DNA of 64,000 nucleotides from a bacterium. GTDB lineage: Bacteria; Planctomycetota; Planctomycetia; Pirellulales; UBA1268. The translations under genes were made by a program, and so were the position numbers. Location of the stretch: positions 2,110-66,109 of the forward strand of contig JAPOJV010000001.1 of assembly GCA_029978085.1 (NCBI GenBank), read 5' to 3'. A model generated the notes under the pieces. It was not told the origin of the DNA. It did not search any database and saw only the letters and a list, made by a program, of their open reading frames with translations. Below, one piece after another: positions 44,637-52,650 of the stretch (its first letter is position 1; the number at the start of each line of letters is the position of its first letter).

Positions 44637-45496
44637 GCCATCCGCTGCACGACGGCAGCCTGGTGATCGGCGTCGATTTCACGTCGGCGCCATCCCGACG
44701 CAAGCCGCTTACCGTCGCCGTCGGCCGCTGGCGAGCCGGTAGGCCGCGGCCGGCCTACGACCTCGACGAGATCAGAGCCTTCACGAGCCTCGATGAGTTC
44801 GCTGGGCTGCTCGCCGCGCCGGGCCGCTGGGTGGGGGGCTTCGACCTCCCCTTCAGCCAGCCACGCAGCCTGATCGAGCACGAGGGCTGGCCCACCGACT
44901 GGCCGGAGTTCGTGCGGTTCTATTGCGACCAGCCCCGCGACGCGCTCCGCGACGTGTTTCGCCGCTGGTGTGACGGCCGGCCCGCGGGCGACAAGTTCGC
45001 CTGGCGGGCAACCGACACGCCCGCCGGCTCGAGCCCGGCGATGCGCTGGGCCAATCCTCCCGTTGCCTGGATGATGCACGCCGGCATCGGCCGGATGCTC
45101 GCCGCCGGCCTCGCGTTCCCGGCCCACCGCCACGCGCCGCGCGGCAGCGGCAGGATCGCCCTCGAAGCCTATCCGGGATTCACCGCCCGCAGGGTCTGCC
45201 GGACGTCCTACAAAAGCGATACGGCGGCCAAGCAGACGCCCGACCGCCGCGCCAACCGTCGCGCGATCCTCGCCGCACTCGAACGCGGCGCGGCCAGCCT
45301 CGACATCGCACTCACAATCTCGCCAACGTGGCGGCGCCGGCTCATCGCCGACGGCAGCGGTGACCTGCTGGACGCCGTCATCTGCGCCCTCCAAGCCGCC
45401 CACGCCGCCGCCCTGCCACGCTACGGCCTCCCCCGCCACCTCGATCCACTCGAAGGCTGGATTGCCAGCGTGCCCACTTACATTTCGATCTCGTAG
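44633..45496 (+). CDS. DUF429-family (RNase H-like fold) protein
   Basis: GTG 44633 overlaps the ThuA stop (GTGA). VIGVDFTSAP N-terminus, EAYPGF, and a C-terminal DLLDAVICALQA pattern. Confidence 0.6.
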   Translation: MSHPLHDGSLVIGVDFTSAPSRRKPLTVAVGRWRAGRPRPAYDLDEIRAFTSLDEFAGLLAAPGRWVGGFDLPFSQPRSLIEHEGWPTDWPEFVRFYCDQPRDALRDVFRRWCDGRPAGDKFAWRATDTPAGSSPAMRWANPPVAWMMHAGIGRMLAAGLAFPAHRHAPRGSGRIALEAYPGFTARRVCRTSYKSDTAAKQTPDRRANRRAILAALERGAASLDIALTISPTWRRRLIADGSGDLLDAVICALQAAHAAALPRYGLPRHLDPLEGWIASVPTYISIS

Positions 45497-46866
45497 CCCT
45501 TGCGATACGGGCGGGCGAGCATCGCGTTGGCCTGGTCGTCGCCGATGACCTGCTCGGTAACGGCGTCCCACTTCAGCGACCTGCCGAGGCGGCCGCTGAT
45601 GCCGGCCAGGTGACAGACGTTGAGCATCTTCATATGGGAATGCACATCGGAGATGGGCATTTCGCCGCTGCGGACGCACTGCAGGAAGTTGGCCCAGTGG
45701 GCCTTCCGCTCATTCCCCTCCATGGGCATATGGCGGTAGACCTTCGCGACGGCGTCGGCCGGCAGCGGGTCATCCTTCAGGGCGTCCACAGGTGCTCCCG
45801 TGAGCTTACCGCGGTTGACGAAGATCGTGCCCTTGTCGCCTTCGATGAGCACGCCGTTGTCGGTGTCGTGTCGAATGACCAACTGCGTGTCGCCCGGGAA
45901 ATCGACCGTGAAGTGAAACTCCGTCGCGGTGTTGTAGCGGTCGCGCTCCACCGGCATGCCGTCCTTGAACTCGACGGGGTGCGTGGCCGTGCCGCCGATC
46001 GACGTCGGGCCCGCCGTCTGGCCATTGAGGGCAAGGGCCCACATCGCGATGTCGACGTGGTGCGCCCCCCAGTCGGTGAGCTTGCCGCCCGAATACTCGT
46101 ACCACCAGCGGAACTCGTAGTGACCGTTCGTGTTGGCCGGTGGCCGCTTCTCCTTGCCGTCCTTGTCCACGACGGCCGGGCCCTGAAAGAACCGATACTC
46201 CACCGCCGGTGCCGGTCCGAGCCAGCGATCCCAGTTGAGTTCCTTCGCCGGCTCGGCGACCGGGATCGCCGGGGAAGACGGGGCGTTGCCGATCGCGGTC
46301 TGCACCCGCTTGATCCGGCCGAGCCGCCCCTCGGCCACGAGGGCCATCGCGGTCACGAACAGCGGAAACGTGCTCCGCTGCTGGGTTCCCACCTGCACGA
46401 TCCGGCCCGTCTCCCGCTGCACCTTGCGAATGAGTTTGCCTTCGTCGATCGTGAGTGTGAGCGGCTTTTCGCAGTAGACGTCCTTGCCTGCCCGTAGCGC
46501 CTCGACCAGCGGTTTTGTGTGCCAGTGGTCGGGCGTGGCGATGTGGAGGACATCGACGTCCTTTCGCTCCAGAATGCGGCGGTAGTCGTCGTAGACCTGT
46601 GCCTTGCCGCCGGCGAGCTTCTCGTTGGCGGAGGCCGCCCGACCGGAATCAGCGTCGGCGATCGCGACGACGTCGATCCACTGGGCCGCCGACCGGAGAT
46701 TGCCGACGCCCATCCCGCCCGCGCCGATCAGGCCGATCGTGAACCGGTCGTTTTTCGACTTCGTCTCGTCGGCGAGCGTCCGCGGCGTCGAATGGAAATA
46801 GGGCACGCCGGCGGCGGCCGCGAGCGTGGCACACGACGAAAGAAAACCACGACGGGTGTTGTTCAT
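45478..46866 (-). CDS. Gfo/Idh/MocA-family oxidoreductase with a twin-arginine signal
   Basis: ORF 45478..47343 trimmed to ATG 46866 (MNNTRRGFLSSCATLAAAAG). Rossmann IGLIGAGGMGVGN and VYCEKPL. Confidence 0.88.
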   Translation of the reverse strand: MNNTRRGFLSSCATLAAAAGVPYFHSTPRTLADETKSKNDRFTIGLIGAGGMGVGNLRSAAQWIDVVAIADADSGRAASANEKLAGGKAQVYDDYRRILERKDVDVLHIATPDHWHTKPLVEALRAGKDVYCEKPLTLTIDEGKLIRKVQRETGRIVQVGTQQRSTFPLFVTAMALVAEGRLGRIKRVQTAIGNAPSSPAIPVAEPAKELNWDRWLGPAPAVEYRFFQGPAVVDKDGKEKRPPANTNGHYEFRWWYEYSGGKLTDWGAHHVDIAMWALALNGQTAGPTSIGGTATHPVEFKDGMPVERDRYNTATEFHFTVDFPGDTQLVIRHDTDNGVLIEGDKGTIFVNRGKLTGAPVDALKDDPLPADAVAKVYRHMPMEGNERKAHWANFLQCVRSGEMPISDVHSHMKMLNVCHLAGISGRLGRSLKWDAVTEQVIGDDQANAMLARPYRKGYEIEM

Positions 46867-47005
46867 GACGCAGGCTCCAGAGAACGGATGCGGAGAGACC
46901 GATTGCTCGCGTGAGAATACCCGCGTGGGGCCGCGAACCCAACGGTTCGTTGGACGTGCCCTTGGCCCTGGGATAGATTCTGCGATCGCTGAGAGGAATT
47001 GCCCA

Positions 47006-47971
47006 ATGCCCGAGACGGTCACGGACGACCAGATTCTGCCTGCGCACGGCGTCCGCCGGCTGTACACGGCAGCCATGATGGCCGAGGTGCTCGATGTCTC
47101 GCCCGCAGCCGTGCGGCACTGGGTGCGGGAGCGGCTCTTGGAGCCGATGCGGCGGTCGGGCTCGCTCGAATGGTTCGACTTCAGCCAGCTCGTGGTGGGC
47201 CGGAATCTCGCCCGCCTGCTCCGCGGTGGCCTGTCACTGCGGGAGATCGACGACAAGCTGGCCGATCTGGTGGCCGGCGGAGGCCCTGCGGCGGCCCAGG
47301 CCACGGACCGGATCGTGGCCGATGGCCGGCGGCTCAGCCTCAAAAGTGGTGACCGGCTGCTGAGCGCCGGGGGGCAGCTGCAATTGCCGTTCTACACGTC
47401 GTCACTCGTCGCGGCCGCCGAGCCGATCGACACCGTGCCCGCGGTGCGGCTCATCGACATGGCCGCCGCCCGTGCCGCCGCGACGTCGCCTCAATGCACT
47501 GCCGAGCGGGATGCCGCCGCGGAGGCCACCGAGATCCTCGACCTCGCCGATGATCTCGAGGCAGCCGGTGAATTCGCCGAGGCGGCCGAGGCGTTGCGAG
47601 CGGTGCTCCAGGCCCAGGGGCCGTCGGCGGCGGTCATGTTCACGCTCGCCGAGTTGCTCTACCGGGCTGGCGATCTTACGGCGTCCCGGGAGCGGTACTA
47701 CGCCACGATCGAGATCGACCCCGAGCACCTGCGGGCCCGGGCGAGCCTGGGGTGTGTCTTGGCGGAGCTCGGCGAGCACGAGCTGGCCCTCGCGGCGCTC
47801 GAGGGCGTGCTGCGGCAGGAGCCCGACTACGCCGATGCCCACTGGCACATCGCCGGCGTGCTCCACGAAATGGGCCGTGCGCGGGACGCGCGGCACCATC
47901 TCGCCACGTTCCTCACGCTCGCGCCCGAGAGTCCGTGGGCCACCCTCGCCCGACAGCGGCTCGAAGCGTAG
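47006..47971 (+). CDS. MerR-type HTH plus TPR-domain protein
   Basis: ORF 46826..47971 trimmed to ATG 47006. LYTAAMMAEVLDVSPAAVRHWVRERLL is the HTH; the C-terminal part has TPR repeats (AELLYRAGDLTASRERYYATIEIDPEH...). Confidence 0.7.
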   Translation: MPETVTDDQILPAHGVRRLYTAAMMAEVLDVSPAAVRHWVRERLLEPMRRSGSLEWFDFSQLVVGRNLARLLRGGLSLREIDDKLADLVAGGGPAAAQATDRIVADGRRLSLKSGDRLLSAGGQLQLPFYTSSLVAAAEPIDTVPAVRLIDMAAARAAATSPQCTAERDAAAEATEILDLADDLEAAGEFAEAAEALRAVLQAQGPSAAVMFTLAELLYRAGDLTASRERYYATIEIDPEHLRARASLGCVLAELGEHELALAALEGVLRQEPDYADAHWHIAGVLHEMGRARDARHHLATFLTLAPESPWATLARQRLEA

Positions 47972-48036
47972 GCAGCCCGGTCACAGTAGCCCGGTCACGC
48001 CGTGACCGGAAGTCTGTCACGGCGTGACAGACCCAC
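47968..48036. repeat. REP-like cluster 6
   Basis: The GTAG at 47968-47971 contains the TAG stop. Two 14-mer heads (GGCAGCCCGGTCAC, AGTAGCCCGGTCAC), then CCGGTCACGCCGTGACCGG (47991-48009) and CTGTCACGGCGTGACAG (48014-48030) followed by CCAC. Confidence 0.88.
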
Positions 48037-48043
48037 GTGGCGG

Positions 48044-48649
48044 TCAGTACGCGCCCCACGGTCCGCGGACGGCATTCACGCCGAACTGCACGGTGTCGCT
48101 CGGCTGGTTGGGCGTCGGCAGGAATCGTCCGCCGCCTCCGGCCACGGCGCCGGGTCCCGGATAGGGACGCCGAAACTGATGGTAGATCGGCGCCACCCGC
48201 GAGCTCGGCACGCCCCAGCCGTATTGCGTTTGGAACTCGGCCGTGGGGGGCACGACGAGCGCGATCGGCCGGCCTTCGGCGGGATCGTACCAGGCGCTGT
48301 GCGAGCTCTTGCCCTGGCTTCGCAGGAAGTAGCGCTTCTCGATCACGTCATGATGAAGCCAGTGGCCGTCGCAGAGGCCGTGGGCACAGCAGTGTCCGCA
48401 GCCGTGACCGCCACAGTGGCCGCAGCCGTGGTGATGGCCGCAGTGCCGCCCGCAGCCGTGATGCCCCACATGCCCGTGGTGCGGCCCGCACGCAGGACCG
48501 GCGCATCCGGGCACCGGGCCGTATCCGCCGGAGCCCGCCGGATAGGCCGGCCCTCCGGCGTGGCATAGGTGGCTCGTCGCCCAGCCAAGCGTCACCACGC
48601 ATGCGACGGCAGCCAGCTGCCGGCGCAGGTCACGAGTCAACTGCCGCAT
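48044..48649 (-). CDS. Secreted His/Cys/Gly-rich protein (putative metal binding)
   Basis: Signal-like N-terminus followed by HHGHVGHHGCGRHCGHHHGCGHCGGHGCGHCCAHGLCDGH. The C-terminal half is Pro/Tyr-rich. Confidence 0.6.
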   Translation of the reverse strand: MRQLTRDLRRQLAAVACVVTLGWATSHLCHAGGPAYPAGSGGYGPVPGCAGPACGPHHGHVGHHGCGRHCGHHHGCGHCGGHGCGHCCAHGLCDGHWLHHDVIEKRYFLRSQGKSSHSAWYDPAEGRPIALVVPPTAEFQTQYGWGVPSSRVAPIYHQFRRPYPGPGAVAGGGGRFLPTPNQPSDTVQFGVNAVRGPWGAY

Positions 48650-48665
48650 GTCGCGTCGCTCCTCC

Positions 48666-49010
48666 TCAATACCAGTAGGCGTGCACGTCGGTCCGCATGC
48701 CGGTCACGCCCGCAGGCCGGATGTACCGCCGCCGATGCTTGTAGAGAAACTCGTGCGGCATGAACGGGGGATACGTGTACCAGGTGTGCCCCACCCGCGG
48801 CGGCACCGGCCGTGGCGCCACGTAGAGCTGCGCCCCCATGCCGGGATAGCCACCGGCGGGCACCGGCGGCGTGTAGAAGTTGTAGAAGACGTCGGGCGTC
48901 GGGCCCTCGACGCCGCCATCGATCGGCAGCCCGCGACACTCCGCAGCCGCCATCCCGGCTGCGATGACCGTCACCACGAGCCCGCGCCGCATCCATGCGG
49001 ATCGAAGCAT
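48666..49010 (-). CDS. Small secreted Pro/Tyr-rich protein (start uncertain)
   Basis: ORF 48666..49034; hydrophobic N-terminus RRGLVVTVIAAGMAAAEC. Lies 16 nt upstream of the His/Cys-rich gene on the same strand. Confidence 0.45.
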   Translation of the reverse strand: MLRSAWMRRGLVVTVIAAGMAAAECRGLPIDGGVEGPTPDVFYNFYTPPVPAGGYPGMGAQLYVAPRPVPPRVGHTWYTYPPFMPHEFLYKHRRRYIRPAGVTGMRTDVHAYWY

Positions 49011-49301
49011 CTCCCACCTCCGTGTGGAACCCAAGCTCGGATGAGCCGGACAGGTGGAAGGCGTCCGTGCCTTTCACCGGCTCTTTTCTTTCGGCTTCGC
49101 GAGCCCCGGGCAGACAGTGCCCGCGGGCCGGCCGGGCGACCTCGACGCGACAGGCACACCTTCACGTTTCCGCGGGCCGCCCGCAGCGGAACACTGCCGC
49201 GGGCCCGGGCGGCAGACTCCCGCTGACCCGCAAAGCCCTCCCCTCTTGCCAAGCCCGCGGCAGCCGATCACAGTCTGGTGACCCGATCCTTCGTATCCGC
49301 C

Positions 49302-51461
49302 ATGGCCAAAACCAAGCAACGCCCGAGCAAAGCCGCGAAGACCGCCCCTGGTCAGCCCACGGAGCCGGAGGCAAACGGTCAGCCCGCGGCTGCGGCCAAG
49401 CAGCCCGCCAAGCGACGAGCCACCGCCCAGACGCTGGCCGCCGGGCAGCGCGATATTTCGGTGAGCGAGTTCTTCGCCAAGAACCGCCACCTGCTCGGCT
49501 TCGACTCGCCCCGCAAAGCCCTGCTCACGAGCGTGAAGGAGGCCGTGGACAACTCCCTCGACGCCTGCGAAGAGGCGGGCATCCTGCCGGAGATCTGGGT
49601 GCGGATCGAGCAGGTGGGTGAGAGCGGCTCCCGCTACCGCATGAGCGTGCAGGACAACGGCCCCGGCATCGTGGCCAAGCAGATCCCGCTCATCTTCGGC
49701 AAGCTCCTCTACGGCTCGAAGTTTCATCGGCTGCGGATGAGCCGCGGTCAGCAGGGCATCGGCATCTCGGCGGCCGGCATGTACGGCGTGCTCACCACCG
49801 GCAAGCCGGTGAAGATCATCTCCAAGATCGACGCCAAGCATGCCGCCCACTATTCCGAACTGCGGATCGACACGAAGACCAACCAGCCGGAGATCCTCAA
49901 CGGCAAGGGCGAGGGCGTCGACATCCCGTCCGGCAAGGGCGGCGTCGAGCTGATGAAGAAGCACTCGATCGAGTGGGTCGCCGAAAACGACAAGGGCGAC
50001 GCCATCGACCACGGCACCCGCGTGACGATCGAGATGGAGGCGAAGTTTCAGCGGGGCCGCGGCAGCGTCGAGGAATACCTCGAGCAGACGGCGATCTCGA
50101 ATCCCCACGCCCGCATCCATTTTCAGGGGCCCGATGGCCCCGAGCGAATCCTCGAACGCTCGACCGAGGACCTGCCGCCGGAGCCGAAGGAGATCAAGCC
50201 GCATCCCTACGGCGTCGAGCTCGGCCGGCTGGTGACCATGCTCCAGGAGCATCCCAAGCTCACCCTCGCCCAGTTCCTCACGCAGTCGTTCTCGCGGGTC
50301 TCTCACGGCACGGCCAAGAAGATCTGCGACACGGCGAAGCTCTCGACACGGGTGACCACCGGCAAGCTCGGCCGCGGCGAGGCCGATGCGCTCTTCAAGG
50401 CGATCCAAGAGACCAAAATCCCGCCGCCGGCCACCGATTGCGTGGTGCCGATCGGCGAACAGCGGCTGCTCGCTGGCCTGCGGCAGGTGGTGCCGGGCGA
50501 GTTCTTCACGGCGGCAACTCGGCCGCCGGCCGTCTACCGCGGCAATCCGTTCGTGATCGAGGCGGCGCTCGCCTATGGCGGCGGCGTGGCCGCCCAGAAA
50601 ATCAGCCGCGAGGCCCTCGGTGAACTGGCCGGCGAGAGCGACGCCCGCAGCCTGCGGCAGTTCCTCACCACGACGTTCAGCGGCCTCGGCGCCGAGGCGG
50701 CCGACAAGATTCTCGCCGAGGCCCAGCTGGCACCGCGGCAGTCGCCATCCAAGCTCAAGAAGCCGCAGCTCGACGCCTTGCACGGTGCGATGCAGCATGT
50801 GAGTGCCGACGATGGCCAGAGCATGAACGTGCTTCGCTACGCCAACCGCGTGCCGCTCCAGTTCCAGCCGGCGGCCTGTGCCGTCACGCAGACGATGACC
50901 TCGACCAACTGGCGGGCCTACGGGCTCTCGCAGTCGCGGGGCGGCCTGCCGAGCGGCCCGGTCACCGCGATGGTGCACGTGGCGAGCGTCTGGGTGCCGT
51001 TCACGAGCGAGTCGAAGGAGGCGATCGCCTCTTACCCGGAGATCCAGAAGGAGATCCGGCTCGCGCTCCAGGCGGTGGGCCGCAAGCTCGGCATGTACAT
51101 GCGGCGGCGGCTGCGGGTGGCCCAGGAGGGACAGCGGCGGAGCATCTTCCTCCGCTACCTCGGCGAGGTGGCCTCGGCGGTCTCGCAGATCAACGGCTCC
51201 GACCGGGCAGGCCTCTACGATCAGCTCCTCGCCGTGGCCAAGAAGAAAACGGCCGAGGCCGACGTGAAGCTCGACGACCGCGGCCGCCCGATCCAGGAAG
51301 AGGAAGACCTCGAGCTCGGCGACAACTGCATCATCGTCCCGCAGACGGTGCCGGGCTCAGGGACGACTGCCGGACCGCCGGAGGGTGAGGCAGACGAGAA
51401 GCCCACCCGCACACGCAAGCCAGCGGCGACGAAGCCGGCCAAGTCCCGCCGTCGGAAATAG
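49302..51461 (+). CDS. top6B: DNA topoisomerase VI subunit B
   Basis: ORF 49278..51461, ATG 49302. Bergerat-fold motifs EAVDNSLDACEE, VQDNGPGIV and SRGQQGIGISAAGMYG. H2TH-like KEIKPHPYGVELGRL and a transducer region (ANRVPLQFQ...VHVASVWVPFTSESKEAI). Basic C-terminal tail. Confidence 0.85.
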   Translation: MAKTKQRPSKAAKTAPGQPTEPEANGQPAAAAKQPAKRRATAQTLAAGQRDISVSEFFAKNRHLLGFDSPRKALLTSVKEAVDNSLDACEEAGILPEIWVRIEQVGESGSRYRMSVQDNGPGIVAKQIPLIFGKLLYGSKFHRLRMSRGQQGIGISAAGMYGVLTTGKPVKIISKIDAKHAAHYSELRIDTKTNQPEILNGKGEGVDIPSGKGGVELMKKHSIEWVAENDKGDAIDHGTRVTIEMEAKFQRGRGSVEEYLEQTAISNPHARIHFQGPDGPERILERSTEDLPPEPKEIKPHPYGVELGRLVTMLQEHPKLTLAQFLTQSFSRVSHGTAKKICDTAKLSTRVTTGKLGRGEADALFKAIQETKIPPPATDCVVPIGEQRLLAGLRQVVPGEFFTAATRPPAVYRGNPFVIEAALAYGGGVAAQKISREALGELAGESDARSLRQFLTTTFSGLGAEAADKILAEAQLAPRQSPSKLKKPQLDALHGAMQHVSADDGQSMNVLRYANRVPLQFQPAACAVTQTMTSTNWRAYGLSQSRGGLPSGPVTAMVHVASVWVPFTSESKEAIASYPEIQKEIRLALQAVGRKLGMYMRRRLRVAQEGQRRSIFLRYLGEVASAVSQINGSDRAGLYDQLLAVAKKKTAEADVKLDDRGRPIQEEEDLELGDNCIIVPQTVPGSGTTAGPPEGEADEKPTRTRKPAATKPAKSRRRK

Positions 51462-51476
51462 CCGGCGGCATGCGCC

Positions 51477-51616
51477 GTAGTCCACATGCTCCGCATGTGG
51501 CCCACGGCTCAAACACCACAGACCCGAACTACTCCCCTGCGGGCCCGCGAACCTCCGACTGAATAGCCGGCCTCCCGGCCTTCATACTCCAACCGCACGC
51601 GGAGTGTGCGGACTAC
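51477..51616. repeat. REP-like cluster 7: two inverted GTAG-headed hairpins about 92 bp apart (REPIN-like)
   Basis: GTAG-T-CCACATGCTCCGCATGTGG (51477-51500) and CCGCACGCGGAGTGTGCGG-A-CTAC (51593-51616). Different stems, the same CTCCG/CGGAG centre. Confidence 0.8.
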
Positions 51617-51741
51617 GGACGGCAACGCCACTCGGCCCGCCGCTATGACCGCGTGCACAGCGTGGCCTTCGCGATCAGCTTTCCGGCCAGCTCAACTCCC
51701 CTCTTGGCTTACGCCTCGGGCCTGGAGGAACGGCGATGCGT

Positions 51742-52650
51742 TCAGTTGGCGTCGTCGCCAACGGAGATTTTCGCCTCGGGCAGACGCTCCTGAAGCCGGC
51801 GGACCGACTCGGCATCGACGGCCGTGCGCTGCAACGAGAGCTCGCGCAGGGCGGCGAGGTCAGCCAGTTGGCTGATGCCCGCGGCTGATACGGCCGTCGA
51901 GCCGATCGAGAGCCAGCGGAGCCGACGCAGGCCGGCGAGCGTGGCCAGGCCCGCATCGGTGAGCCGCGTGTCGGCGAGATTCAGCCATTCGAGATCGCCG
52001 AGACCCGCGAGATGAGCGATGCCGTCATCACCGACCGGCACCCGCCACAGGTTGAGCCGACGCAGCGACCGGAGCTGACCAATCGGCTCGAGCGCCGCAT
52101 CATCGAGCTGCACCGACTCGCTGAGATCCAGATCCTGTAGGCCGTCGAGTGCGACCAAATGCGCAAGGCCGGCGCCGGTGACGGCGGCGCGGGCCAGCCG
52201 CAGCCGCCGCAGCTTCGGAAACTTTGCCACGATGGCGAGGTCGTCGTCCCGCACCAGCGTCTGGGCCAGCGTCAGTTCCTCGAGGTTCACGAGCGCCGCG
52301 ATCGCCGCCAGGCCGTCGCCGCCGACCCAGAGATGATCGAGCATGAGCACCCGCAGCTTCACAAGCGGCGCGAGCGAGCCGAGGCCGGCATCGTCCACGG
52401 TCGTGGCGCCCGACTTGCCGGAGAGCCGCAGCGCCACGAGGTCGGTGAGACCGGCGAGCGTGGCCAGGTCGGCATTCGTAACGGTGCAGGCCCGCAGATC
52501 GAGATCGACCACGGCTCCGGCTTCGTTCCGCTTGGCAACGCCCCCCGCCGCCACGAACCGGGCCACGGTGTCGGCCGGCTCCGCTGCCTGCGCGGCATGC
52601 GCAGGAAGGACGAGAATGACTGCCGCGAGCACTGCACCCAGCCGTTTCAT
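51742..52650 (-). CDS. Secreted leucine-rich-repeat protein
   Basis: ORF 51742..53154 trimmed to ATG 52650 (MKRLGAVLAAVILVLPAHAAQA). Repeats of about 24 aa, L..L.L....v.D.gLa.La.L. One-nt TGATG overlap with the upstream gene. Confidence 0.8.
   Translation of the reverse strand: MKRLGAVLAAVILVLPAHAAQAAEPADTVARFVAAGGVAKRNEAGAVVDLDLRACTVTNADLATLAGLTDLVALRLSGKSGATTVDDAGLGSLAPLVKLRVLMLDHLWVGGDGLAAIAALVNLEELTLAQTLVRDDDLAIVAKFPKLRRLRLARAAVTGAGLAHLVALDGLQDLDLSESVQLDDAALEPIGQLRSLRRLNLWRVPVGDDGIAHLAGLGDLEWLNLADTRLTDAGLATLAGLRRLRWLSIGSTAVSAAGISQLADLAALRELSLQRTAVDAESVRRLQERLPEAKISVGDDAN

Noticed and set aside
49074-50978. 634-aa minus-strand ORF antisense to top6B
   Set aside because: The plus strand encodes complete GHKL and transducer motifs; the antisense product is featureless.
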